NCBI GenBank assembly: GCA_025774555.1
Contig: JALGVT010000005.1
Coordinates: 382-64,381 of the forward strand
Length of the DNA: 64,000 bases
Direction of reading: 5' to 3'
Source: a candidate division LCP-89 bacterium
GTDB lineage: Bacteria; Electryoneota; B3-LCP
Part shown: one piece after another, positions 48,629 through 57,875 of the stretch
Layout: the number at the start of each line of letters is the position of its first letter
Numbering within the stretch: the stretch's first letter is position 1
Position numbers and translations under genes: made by a program
Notes under the pieces: generated by a model
What the model saw: only the letters and a program-made list of their open reading frames with translations
The model's database searches: none
Told to the model about the DNA's origin: nothing

Positions 48629-51600
48629 ATGAAGAGCGTTAAAGTCCTTAGTATCTGTACACTCCTGTTGCTGGGATTAAGCACGGCTTTTGCCGGGTTT
48701 GTTCCACTGCGAACTGATGTGGAAAATGATAGACCTGAAACTGAAATTCTCTATTCAGGGGCAGATCGTATTGAGTTTGAAGTAAGACTGCCTGGCATAG
48801 AAATGTTAGAGGCGACCCTGGAAGGTCGCAACTGGGATCGAATTGAGATACCAGGAGGCGGTTTCAGTGATGATCTCGGATCACCCGAAGTTCCCAATTA
48901 CAATCGAATGATCGCTATCCCCGCTACTGCGGGAGTAAGAGTGGAATTCGTACCGATAGAAGTAACCACTCTTGAAGATGTCGATTTAATGCCCGCTCAA
49001 GGCGATGATCCAGCTGATCTTCTGGAGAATAAACAACCCTCTAGAATGGATGACGCTGCCTATGAAAAAGACGAATTTTATCCCAGCGTTGAAGCTTCAA
49101 GTTCAGAACCGGCAATTATGCGGGGTGTCAGGCTTGTTTCAGTGCGGATGAATCCGGTGCGTTACAATCCAGTTAGCAAGGAACTGAAGATTGCTCACAA
49201 GTTCCTTGTCAAGGTGTATTTCGAAGGAACCGATCAGCGTAATCAGTTAGAGCGAGGCGCACGACCGATGTCGCGTTCATGGGCGAAGCTAATGAGCGCT
49301 TCAATCATGAACTTCGACCAGCTCGACCTTGAAATTGTGCCAGTCGGATCATATCTGATTGTATGCGAAAACGACAACTATCTGCTCAATACACTGCTGC
49401 CGACTTTCATCGAATGGAAAAAGCGGAAGGGGCATGCCGTCTTCGTCGAAACGTTCTCGCCGGGCGCTTCTGAATCGACTATAAAGTCGATAATCCAGAA
49501 TTTCTATAATCAGTCTGAAATCCCGCCCGAATTCGTCCTCCTGGTTGGAGATACTGATGGCAATTATGCACTCCAGGGTTGGCCCGTGGGTTGGTGGCCC
49601 GCTGATGAAGTAGATCATCCCTTTTCACAGCTTGAAGGAAATGACATTTTAGCAGACGTTGCCGTCGGGCGGTTTGCAGCTTATGACGACTACCAATATA
49701 TGACGCTGCAGAACAAGGTGATTCTATATGAGAAGATGCCTTTAATAACCGAAGATGAATGGTATCATCAGGGGTGTGTCATAGCGGGAAACAGTTACTC
49801 AGGAATATCTACTATACAAGTTGGACGCTGGCTTAAAACACGTATGTTCGAGAACCAATTCACACGCGTGGATACCTTCTGGTACTGGATGGGAGGATCG
49901 GTTGAAACTACTACGGATAACGCCTTTCGTGATGGGATTTCCGTATATAATTATCGCGGAAACTACATGATGGAAAACTTCTCCGTCAACGATGTAAACT
50001 ACCTGGAAAATGGCAGAGACATGCCATTCGTGATCACGATAACATGCGGCACTGGCGGTTTTGCTGGTTCAACTTCGTTTATGGAGCAGTTTGCAGAAGT
50101 GGGTTCACCTACTTCACCTAAAGGTGCTATTGCTGCTGTCGGCACAGCGACGCTTGAAACTCATACACGGCAGAATAATACTATAGCGTACGGTACCTGG
50201 GGAGGTATATTCGAAGAAGGTTTAACGCAAGCAGGGAACGCCTTAAACCGTGGAAAATTGGAACTCTACAACACCTTCCAGGCGCATAATTCCAGTACTG
50301 TGAGCAGCTTCTCCAAATACGCGGCTCTTGCCGGCGATCCTGGCGTTGAACTATTCAATGCTCCCATCCGGTACATGTCCTGTACGATTCCAGCTTCTAT
50401 GACTTTTGGCGAGAACAGCTTGACCTTGACGGTTAATGAAACCGGCATAGGACCCCTTGAAGAAGCTACAGTCTGCTTCTATAAAGAAAATGATTTGCAG
50501 GAGGTAGGGTTAACTGATGCTGCGGGACAAGTTACACTACCTATGGGTGTCGCCAGTCAGGGTAACGTAAAAGTGACCATAACCAGGCAAAATTTTTACC
50601 CAATCGTTGATTCTCTGAATGTTATACAAGCAGACGTTGCCGTCGGTTATTACGATCATTCCATTGACGATGACTCGAATGGTAGCAGCAGCGGTGACGG
50701 TGACGGTTTCATCAATCCAAATGAGACGATTGAAATTCCACTCGTCTTTAAGAACTACGGTTCTTCGGTTACCGCTACGAGCATTAGTGTGACAGCAACG
50801 TCAACCGATGATTACATAACGATAGACGATGGGTATGAATCCTTCCCGAATATGTCAGCCGGGGGAACCGGCAGCAGCAGTGATGATATAGACATTACCA
50901 TAGCACCGGATTGTCCTCATGGGCATATAGTTCACCTCGATTTTGAGACGAATTCAAGCCAGGGATCATGGGATGGCGGATTGGACGTTGAGGTGATTTC
51001 ATCTGATATGGACGTGAGGTCGATTTCATTCGCTGGTGGAGATACAATTCTGACTGCCGGCGCCACGGGAGATTTCGTTCTGACAGTAGGCAATGTCGGT
51101 GGAAAAGCTGCAAGCTCTCTAACAGCAGTTTTAACATCTAATGATCCATACATTGCGATAAATGACAACTATGCGGCATTTGGCACAATCAACCCTGATG
51201 GTATCGGCGATTGCAGCGGTAATCCCTTCAATATTACTACGGATGAAGCTACGCCGCCCGGCTATTGCGCTGAATTCACGGTTGATTTCACGACATCAGG
51301 CGGCGCGGAACAGAACGTTGCCTTCGATGTTGCCGTTGGGGAAAAAACACAGAACGATCCTCAGGGACCGGATGAATATGGCTATTACTGCTTCGATAAC
51401 ACCGACATGCTGTACAGTGAAATGCCTGTCTATAATTGGGTAGAAATCAATCCTAATTACGGTGGAACCGGAACCCAGCTTGCTATCAACGATCCCAGTG
51501 AAAACCAGGATATGTCGGTTACCATACAACTTCCCTTCACCTTCCGGTATTACGGACAAGATGTGGATGACATAACTGTATGCAGCAATGGCTGGATCGC

Positions 51601-52762
51601 CGCTATCGCTGACAATTCGTATGCCGACTTTAGAAATTACCCGATACCATCCATGATTGGACCAGATGCCATGATCGCTCCCTTCTGGGATGATCTGATT
51701 ACCTGGTCGAGCGGCAAGGTCTATGCGTGGTATGATGATTCGAATCATCGCTTCATCGTGGAATGGTCTCATCTGAAAAATTATGGATCCAGCACTCAAC
51801 AGGTATTTGAAGTCATATTATACGATCCTGTATATTATCCAACGCCGACGGGAGACAGTGAGATTGTTTTCCAGTATCAGGATATCACTGATATTTACGG
51901 ACCGAGCGATGACAATAAATACTCAACCGTCGGTATTGAAAATTTCGATCAGCGCGACGGAATCGAAATCGTCTATTGGCATGCTTACGACGACCCAGCC
52001 GCTGCTGAATTGCAGGACGGTAGAGCCTATAAGTTCACAACCAGTATGACCTATAACCTGATTGGCAGCGACATCGATATAGAATTGACCTACCAATCAG
52101 GATCCCCGGTGCCTGAAGCAGGCGGCAATCTTTACTTCGATGTATATGCCGGCAATGTCAGTGGTGTTGCACAAGACTACGACGCCTGGCTGGCTATATC
52201 ATACCAAGGGGGAGAGCCGACCACGATGGTGCAGAGATCGTTCACGAACTTCTTGCCTGGATGGGCTATCAACAGACCAAATATGTATTTCCCGGTTCCG
52301 GGAAGTTATGCAGCCGGAAATTACACTTTCTACGGGAGAGTTGGTGATCATCCTGACGATATCTGGGATGAGAGTTCGTTTCCATTCAATAAATTAGGGA
52401 TGTATAACAGCGGAGTGAATTTTGCACTTTTCGTTCCTTCGGGAGTTCCCAACCCATTTGATATAATTGAAGGAAGTGATGTGAGTGAAGCGGTTCCGGA
52501 TGAATTCGAACTTCTTGGAAGTTACCCGAATCCCTTCAATCCAACGACAGCTATCAGCTATCAGCTTCCAGTGGTCAGCTTTGTGAATCTTGCAATCTAT
52601 GATATCTCCGGGAGGAAAGTTGCTGATCTGGTCAACGGCAGCCGCGAAGCGGGCGTTCACGAAGTTACCTTCGATGCTTCGGATCTGGCTTCTGGAATCT
52701 ATCTCTATCGCTTAGAAGCCGGCAGCTTCAGTGCGACAGGCAAGATGGTGCTGATGAAGTAA
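48629..52762 (+). CDS. Gingipain-like C25 cysteine peptidase with CARDB-like domains and T9SS C-terminal domain
   Basis: Signal peptide. C25 signature ..FVLLVGDTDGNYA..HPFSQLEGNDILADVAVGRFAAYDD.. and ..ITITCGTGGFAG.. (putative catalytic Cys). Several CARDB-like beta-sandwich repeats. CTD ..LGSYPNPFNPTTAISYQLP..LAIYDISGRKVADL..GIYLYRLEAGSF..MVLMK. Confidence 0.75.
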   Translation: MKSVKVLSICTLLLLGLSTAFAGFVPLRTDVENDRPETEILYSGADRIEFEVRLPGIEMLEATLEGRNWDRIEIPGGGFSDDLGSPEVPNYNRMIAIPATAGVRVEFVPIEVTTLEDVDLMPAQGDDPADLLENKQPSRMDDAAYEKDEFYPSVEASSSEPAIMRGVRLVSVRMNPVRYNPVSKELKIAHKFLVKVYFEGTDQRNQLERGARPMSRSWAKLMSASIMNFDQLDLEIVPVGSYLIVCENDNYLLNTLLPTFIEWKKRKGHAVFVETFSPGASESTIKSIIQNFYNQSEIPPEFVLLVGDTDGNYALQGWPVGWWPADEVDHPFSQLEGNDILADVAVGRFAAYDDYQYMTLQNKVILYEKMPLITEDEWYHQGCVIAGNSYSGISTIQVGRWLKTRMFENQFTRVDTFWYWMGGSVETTTDNAFRDGISVYNYRGNYMMENFSVNDVNYLENGRDMPFVITITCGTGGFAGSTSFMEQFAEVGSPTSPKGAIAAVGTATLETHTRQNNTIAYGTWGGIFEEGLTQAGNALNRGKLELYNTFQAHNSSTVSSFSKYAALAGDPGVELFNAPIRYMSCTIPASMTFGENSLTLTVNETGIGPLEEATVCFYKENDLQEVGLTDAAGQVTLPMGVASQGNVKVTITRQNFYPIVDSLNVIQADVAVGYYDHSIDDDSNGSSSGDGDGFINPNETIEIPLVFKNYGSSVTATSISVTATSTDDYITIDDGYESFPNMSAGGTGSSSDDIDITIAPDCPHGHIVHLDFETNSSQGSWDGGLDVEVISSDMDVRSISFAGGDTILTAGATGDFVLTVGNVGGKAASSLTAVLTSNDPYIAINDNYAAFGTINPDGIGDCSGNPFNITTDEATPPGYCAEFTVDFTTSGGAEQNVAFDVAVGEKTQNDPQGPDEYGYYCFDNTDMLYSEMPVYNWVEINPNYGGTGTQLAINDPSENQDMSVTIQLPFTFRYYGQDVDDITVCSNGWIAAIADNSYADFRNYPIPSMIGPDAMIAPFWDDLITWSSGKVYAWYDDSNHRFIVEWSHLKNYGSSTQQVFEVILYDPVYYPTPTGDSEIVFQYQDITDIYGPSDDNKYSTVGIENFDQRDGIEIVYWHAYDDPAAAELQDGRAYKFTTSMTYNLIGSDIDIELTYQSGSPVPEAGGNLYFDVYAGNVSGVAQDYDAWLAISYQGGEPTTMVQRSFTNFLPGWAINRPNMYFPVPGSYAAGNYTFYGRVGDHPDDIWDESSFPFNKLGMYNSGVNFALFVPSGVPNPFDIIEGSDVSEAVPDEFELLGSYPNPFNPTTAISYQLPVVSFVNLAIYDISGRKVADLVNGSREAGVHEVTFDASDLASGIYLYRLEAGSFSATGKMVLMK

Positions 52763-52866
52763 TCATGCAAAATGGGGGGGCGGAGGATAAACATTCTCCG
52801 TAGGTTCGTAGAACTCCTATGGAGAGTCCTTAGGACTTGTCTGTCATTAAGTCAAAAGCTAGATTT

Positions 52867-52903
52867 AGGGGCTGTCTTAAAAGCAATTGAGACAGCCCCT
52901 TTT
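52867..52903. repeat. Short hairpin copy of the GGGGCTGTC palindromic repeat; likely terminator of the C25 peptidase gene
   Basis: GGGGCTGTCT-TAAAAGCAATTG-AGACAGCCCC followed by TTTTAATTT. An upstream GTCATTAAGTC resembles the inner block of the long copies. Confidence 0.55.
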
Positions 52904-52916
52904 AATTTGCCGTTTA

Positions 52917-53522
52917 TCAGGAATTATCTTCAGGAAGGTATTTTCTGCGGATGTATCTCGTATATAAGGAGACAGCTGGGTTATGACCCAATACGCGGTC
53001 CTTGACTATAAATGTAGTAACTGGAGCTTTCGAGCACATTGTGAATACTGCGTCATGCCCAACGCAAAGACCACAGATGATATTCAATTCTGTGCCGGCA
53101 TCATTCAGTAACTGTGCCTGTCCGGCGGGATTGCACATCACCTCAACCTCTTTTTCTGGATGAATCTGTTCCAGATTGTATTCAGATTTTGGTATAGCTG
53201 ATACCTTGCAACAGACAGAAATGACGTCAAAATCCTGCTTTAAAATATCCGCAAGAACCTTGGCTTCTTCCTGCATACCAACGCAAAAAGCAAGCCCCAG
53301 TTTGCGGAAATTCATCTCCTTCGCGAAGAGGATGATTTCTCGCAGGCGGGGCTCAATACAGTAATGCCTGCCTTCAATAGCAGTAGCTGCCCGATGCAGC
53401 TCTTTTATATGCTCTGAGTTATATAGCTCCCGATGTGAATCCGCACGGGAGAAGCAGTCTTTGTCAATGTAGCAGTCGAAGTGCTTGCAGGAAGCGCAGC
53501 GCGGCTTTGGATTTTTCTTCAT
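52917..53522 (-). CDS. Cys-rich putative metal-binding protein (DUF1847-like)
   Basis: N-terminal CASCKHFDCYIDKDC and C-terminal ..NIICGLCVGHDAVFTMC.. cysteine clusters. About 200 aa. Confidence 0.4.
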   Translation of the reverse strand: MKKNPKPRCASCKHFDCYIDKDCFSRADSHRELYNSEHIKELHRAATAIEGRHYCIEPRLREIILFAKEMNFRKLGLAFCVGMQEEAKVLADILKQDFDVISVCCKVSAIPKSEYNLEQIHPEKEVEVMCNPAGQAQLLNDAGTELNIICGLCVGHDAVFTMCSKAPVTTFIVKDRVLGHNPAVSLYTRYIRRKYLPEDNS

Positions 53523-53527
53523 CGAAC

Positions 53528-53881
53528 TCAGTCTGCGCGCTTGCGGTTATTCTCATCGACAAAGATAACCTTCGATTGAAGATATCGCGCCTCTTCATCT
53601 TCCACTTCACAATACGAAATGATGATCACCTTATCGCCGCGCACCGCATCGCGTGCTGCTGCTCCATTCAGAAGCACTGTTCCTGAGCCGCGTTCTGCGG
53701 GTATGGCATAGGTGATCATGCGCGCGTTGTTGCTAAGATTTAGGACGTGAACCTGTTCCCCGGGGAGAATGTCCGCTTCATCGAGGAGGTTCATATCTAT
53801 GGCAATACTGCCTTCGTAGTCTATTTCAGTTCCAGTTAAGGTTGCTCGATGAATTTTCGATTTGAGCATCAACCGTTTCAT
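53528..53881 (-). CDS. panD: Aspartate 1-decarboxylase (pyruvoyl-dependent)
   Basis: [57 protein letters not shown]. Conserved Gly-Ser self-cleavage site (YEGS) and full-length similarity to E. coli PanD. Confidence 0.9.
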   Translation of the reverse strand: MKRLMLKSKIHRATLTGTEIDYEGSIAIDMNLLDEADILPGEQVHVLNLSNNARMITYAIPAERGSGTVLLNGAAARDAVRGDKVIIISYCEVEDEEARYLQSKVIFVDENNRKRAD

Positions 53882-54068
53882 TGCCCTACCGTAACTTTAA
53901 GCCAAATTTATACAACTGGATCTTTCTAAGATACAGAAATAAATCCTGCTTGTCAAGTAAAATTATGAACTAAAGAAATAGAAACTTTTTTAAATTATAA
54001 AGTACCGAATTTGCAATCGCTTAACAGTGTTATGGATCACTATTTGAATTTCGCATATACTTTTTTGA

Positions 54069-54161
54069 AGGGAAGCATCGATGCTTTCTACGGGATTGTA
54101 TATTTATCGGCTCGAAGCTGGCGAAATGTCTTACAGCAAGAAGGCTGTGCTGGTGAAGTGA
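54069..54161 (+). pseudogene. Remnant of the 3' end of a T9SS-cargo gene (last ~23 codons of a CTD)
   Basis: A frame preceded by a TGA stop encodes ..MLSTGLYIYRLEAGEMSYSKKAVLVK*. This closely matches the CTD tails of the intact cargo genes (SGIYLYRLEAGSFSATGKMVLMK, SGIYIYRLESENFSETRKMVILK). No upstream body remains. A terminator follows. Confidence 0.6.
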
Positions 54162-54192
54162 TGCTTGTGGATCAAAGTACTATGGTGAGCAT

Positions 54193-54218
54193 AAAACGCA
54201 GCTAATCGGCTGCGTTTT
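54193..54218. terminator. Bidirectional rho-independent terminator (serves cdaA on the minus strand and the decayed cargo gene on the plus strand)
   Basis: AAAACGCAGC-TAATCG-GCTGCGTTTT: 10-bp stem flanked by an A-tract and a T-tract. Confidence 0.7.
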
Positions 54219-54244
54219 ACCTTTATTGTCACAGCTATAATGCT

Positions 54245-55093
54245 CTATTTTGCAGATGCTTTTCCCTGCGCTAGGAGTTTTTCAAGTAGAGATTCGGTTT
54301 TCGGTTTGGTTGGCTCTTTTTCAACTGTTTTCTCAAATAGTATCTTTTCGAGCTGTTTTTTAAGTATCTCAGGGCTATAATCGCGTCCGAGATAGCGACC
54401 ATCTTTAGCCAGCGATATCTTCCCGGTCTCTTCGGAAACGACTATCACAGTTGCGTTAGTTTCTTCCACCATACCGAGAGCCGCTCGATGACGTGTACCC
54501 ATTGAAGGATCTACTTTGGGACTATCTGAAAGCGGCAGAATACACTTTGCCGCTTGAATAACGTCTCCGCGAATGATGACAGCGCCGTCGTGAAGAGGAG
54601 TGCGCGGGAAGAATATGGATACGATTAAATCAGATGTAACTTCGGCGCCTATTTGTACGCCTGTTTCCTGAATACCACGAATGCCGGTCTTTCCCTGGAT
54701 TACGATCAAGCCCCCATATCGTTTCTGCGACAAAGTTTCCGTGGCTAATATAATTTCATCAACAGTGGATGTTCCTCTCTCCTTAACAATAGCGCGCACG
54801 AGTCTCGTCTGTCCGAGCTGTACTAAAAGACGACGCAGTTCTGGCTGAAATACGATAACAAAGGCTATCACCCAGACGGTTGATACCGATTGTATCAGCC
54901 ATGACATTCCCTGCATACCCAATAACTGCACAATAAAGGAGGCGACAAAAATCAGTATCAAACCGGTGAACATCTGCGATGCTCTGGTTCCCTTCATAAT
55001 CAAGTAAAGCTGATAGAAAACGATATAGACAGCCAGAATATCGAAGACGTCAATTAGCGTAAAACGCAGAAATCCTATTTGAAATAACTCCAT
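54245..55093 (-). CDS. cdaA: Diadenylate cyclase CdaA (c-di-AMP synthase)
   Basis: Three N-terminal TM helices then a DAC domain with motifs ..LHDGAVII.. and ..GTRHRAALG... Confidence 0.85.
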   Translation of the reverse strand: MELFQIGFLRFTLIDVFDILAVYIVFYQLYLIMKGTRASQMFTGLILIFVASFIVQLLGMQGMSWLIQSVSTVWVIAFVIVFQPELRRLLVQLGQTRLVRAIVKERGTSTVDEIILATETLSQKRYGGLIVIQGKTGIRGIQETGVQIGAEVTSDLIVSIFFPRTPLHDGAVIIRGDVIQAAKCILPLSDSPKVDPSMGTRHRAALGMVEETNATVIVVSEETGKISLAKDGRYLGRDYSPEILKKQLEKILFEKTVEKEPTKPKTESLLEKLLAQGKASAK

Positions 55094-55096
55094 GAT

Positions 55097-55768
55097 CTAA
55101 ACTCGTTTCCTTGGGAACGCGTAGCAATATTGAGGTTCGCTTTCCATTATATCGTCGAACTGTCCATTAACAAACTTGGTTCTGGCTATAATGGCAGTGC
55201 TGTGCACCAGCGGCTTAACTTTAATTGTCTGTTTATTTAGAATTAGAGTATTCTTAAATATCCGATCAATTTCAGTTTGATGCTTAATGTAACCTTCGCC
55301 TACAGGAAAAACCTCCCCGTCAATTTTCTGATTCAATATGGAAATATCATCGAGTTGGTTTTCTGTCAAACGATCCCATTTAGAAGCACTCCATTCAAAA
55401 ACAGCCCAATAGACTTCAGTTGCTCTTGCGGACATCAAGGTTAAAACCCGCCCGACTTCAGAAGAGACAGACGCAGCTAATCCATCTAAAGTAGGCACTG
55501 TAATGAATGGAATCTTCCATGCCATACAGAGACCTTTAGCCGCCGCCATCCCCACTCGCAGACCTGTGAATGAACCGGGACCGGAAGAAACTGCAACTGC
55601 AGAGAGCTTAGCGCCAGATATCGCATTATCTGCTAAAAGGCGATCTATCTCGCTAAGGAGAATTTCATTATGTTTCAAGCCTCCTTCGATAATGCGCATT
55701 TGGAAATAATCTTCCCATAAAAGAGCAATACCGCAATCATGTCCTGTTGTATCCAGGGCTAATATCAT
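55097..55768 (-). CDS. tsaB: tRNA threonylcarbamoyladenosine (t6A) biosynthesis protein TsaB
   Basis: MILALDTTGHDCGIALL.. and ..VSSGPGSFTGLRVGMAAAKGL.. (YeaZ/TsaB). Confidence 0.85.
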   Translation of the reverse strand: MILALDTTGHDCGIALLWEDYFQMRIIEGGLKHNEILLSEIDRLLADNAISGAKLSAVAVSSGPGSFTGLRVGMAAAKGLCMAWKIPFITVPTLDGLAASVSSEVGRVLTLMSARATEVYWAVFEWSASKWDRLTENQLDDISILNQKIDGEVFPVGEGYIKHQTEIDRIFKNTLILNKQTIKVKPLVHSTAIIARTKFVNGQFDDIMESEPQYCYAFPRKRV

Positions 55769-56244
55769 TACGTCTCAGTATTGAAATCACCAATGATTAT
55801 TTTTAAGGTTTCTTCTCTGGAAACCTCATGGCGTGAAAAAGTGATGATTCTTGAGTTTTCAGATTTTTCGCTGTAACTGAATTTCAATATCCAATTCCAT
55901 TGATCATAATATTCAGCAATCAAATCCGCCCATTCGACAATAAGAATACTGTTGTCACTGAAATACTCTTCTAATCCGGCTGAAAGAACTTGCGCCCTGT
56001 TTCTAAGTCGAAAGCAATCGGCATGGTACACTCGCTGATTTGCTTTATAATCATGCACGAGAGTATAAGTTGGGCTGGTCACAGCGCCCTTATAATTAAA
56101 ACCCCTCATTATCCCGCGCACGAAGACCGTTTTACCTGTGCCAAGGTCTCCCAACAATGAGACACTGTCTCCCGGCTTGAAAAGCCTGCTACATGTCTCT
56201 CCAAATCTTGCAGTTTCTTCAGTGCTGTGTGTGGTGACCTGCAT
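55768..56244 (-). CDS. tsaE: tRNA t6A biosynthesis ATPase TsaE
   Basis: Walker A GDLGTGKTVFVRG, ..VTSPTYTLVHDY.., ..LIVEWAD... ATGA start/stop overlap with tsaB. Confidence 0.8.
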   Translation of the reverse strand: MQVTTHSTEETARFGETCSRLFKPGDSVSLLGDLGTGKTVFVRGIMRGFNYKGAVTSPTYTLVHDYKANQRVYHADCFRLRNRAQVLSAGLEEYFSDNSILIVEWADLIAEYYDQWNWILKFSYSEKSENSRIITFSRHEVSREETLKIIIGDFNTET

Positions 56245-56255
56245 CGTTGCGCGTA

Positions 56256-57815
56256 TTATTTCGGATCCATGGTCACAACAGGCAGAATCATTTCATCCAT
56301 AGATATTCCACCGTGCTGGAAGCTGTTTTTGTAAAGATTGACGTACTTATTATAATTAGTTGGATAGACGAAGTAGTAATCGTCCTTGGCGATGATATAG
56401 TTGATATTGATGCCTCTACGCGGTAGTTTAAAATCTTGAGGATCACGTACGAACATTGCATGTTTTGGATCGCATTTAAGGTTTCTGCCATGTTTGTACC
56501 TGAGATTTGTCGATGCGTCTTTATCAGAAATCACCTTCGCTCCCCTCTGAACACGCAGTGAACCGTGATCAGTCGTCAGAACAATATGAATGTCCTGTTT
56601 TGAAAAGCTCCTTAATATATTTAGCAGCGACGAGTGTTCGAACCAGGAAGTAGTCACGGCGCGATAAGACGCTTCATTACGCACCATCTCTTTAATCACG
56701 TCTGAATTTGACCGCGAATGCACGAGAATGTCAACGAAATTGAAGACCATGGAAACAAGAGGCTGATTGAAGTAAGACGCAACCTTTCTATCAACGCTGT
56801 CAGCCTCTTCCATATCCAGAATTTTTACGTATTTTGAACCTGATGGCAGACTGACGCCCAACCGCTCAAGCTGTTTGTCGAGAAGTTCATGTTCAAAACG
56901 GTTCGATGATGACTCATCATCTTCTCCGCGCTTCCACAGATCTGGGCGTTGACGCTCTAGTTCGCTTGGATAAAATCCGCTGAATATCGCATTTCGTGAA
57001 TAGGGTGTGGAAGTCGGGAGGATAGAGAAATAATAATCCCGTTTGACATTGTAAAGTTCGTGAAGGATCGGTTCAATTGCCAGGTATTGATCCATTCGCA
57101 GACAGTCGATTACTATAAAAAGAACGTTTTTACCCTGCTTCAAGGGAGTTGCCAGGTATTTTTGTGCAATGTCAACTGATAGTGTGGGCTCATCATCGCT
57201 ATTGATCCAATTGATATAGTTGTCTTCTACATACCTGCAGAATTCCAGATTGCACTGGCTTTTTTGATCTTGAAATACGTCTTCCAAGCCGAGATCCGGA
57301 AATTTCTCCAGTTCTATATCCCATTCACAGAGCTTGTAGTGAATGTCGATCCAATCCTGCCAGTTAGCGCCGGCAGCTATAATCGAGGACACACGATTAA
57401 ACTGCGAAAGATATTCCTTCGCGATTCTGTCTCGGTTAATCTGCGAAGACTCCGTCAGCTTTTTAAGCGCCAGCAAAATTTGGCTTGGATTAACAGGCTT
57501 CGTCAAGAAGTCATCGATACGCTGCCCGATAGCCTCTTCCATCAAACCTTCTTCCTCGCTCTTGGTGATCATTACGGTTGAGATTCCCGGGCGAATCGCT
57601 TTAATGTCGGTGAATGTAGCAATACCATCCTTGCCGGACATATGTTCATCAAGCAGGACGACGTCGAAGGAGCCGCGATGAATCTGTGCTATGGCGTCCT
57701 CGCCACTTGTTACTGCAGTCACATCATAGCCGCGCTCTTCAAGAAATAGAATATGCGGTTTAAGCATATCTATTTCATCATCAGCCCAAAGGATTCTTTT
57801 TCTTTCCACAGGCAC
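56256..57815 (-). CDS. porX: T9SS response regulator PorX-like (CheY-like receiver plus PglZ / alkaline-phosphatase-like domain)
   Basis: Receiver domain (ILWADDE..; phospho-acceptor Asp in VVLLDEHMSGKDG; conserved Lys in ..FLTKP). C-terminal PglZ-type motifs (..VLFIVIDCLRMDQY.., ..LPTSTPYSRNAIFSG.., ..HIVLTTDHGS..). About 519 aa, as for PorX. Confidence 0.75.
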   Translation of the reverse strand: MPVERKRILWADDEIDMLKPHILFLEERGYDVTAVTSGEDAIAQIHRGSFDVVLLDEHMSGKDGIATFTDIKAIRPGISTVMITKSEEEGLMEEAIGQRIDDFLTKPVNPSQILLALKKLTESSQINRDRIAKEYLSQFNRVSSIIAAGANWQDWIDIHYKLCEWDIELEKFPDLGLEDVFQDQKSQCNLEFCRYVEDNYINWINSDDEPTLSVDIAQKYLATPLKQGKNVLFIVIDCLRMDQYLAIEPILHELYNVKRDYYFSILPTSTPYSRNAIFSGFYPSELERQRPDLWKRGEDDESSSNRFEHELLDKQLERLGVSLPSGSKYVKILDMEEADSVDRKVASYFNQPLVSMVFNFVDILVHSRSNSDVIKEMVRNEASYRAVTTSWFEHSSLLNILRSFSKQDIHIVLTTDHGSLRVQRGAKVISDKDASTNLRYKHGRNLKCDPKHAMFVRDPQDFKLPRRGININYIIAKDDYYFVYPTNYNKYVNLYKNSFQHGGISMDEMILPVVTMDPK

Positions 57816-57875
57816 TCCAGCTTAATGAGAAAAATCTATACGGTCGCTAAAGAGACTCGGAGAGGATTTCTTAGA

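Noticed and set aside
52801-52850. Near-palindrome AGTCCTTAGGACT and flanking GGAG/CTCC repeats after the C25 gene
   Set aside because: The stems are too short (6 bp with a 1-nt loop) to be structurally meaningful. The true hairpin is the downstream GGGGCTGTCT element.
54011-54205. 64-aa plus-strand ORF in the cdaA-panD intergenic region
   Set aside because: No ribosome-binding site or homology. The real signal here is in a different frame (the CTD remnant at 54069-54161). This ORF runs through the terminator hairpin.
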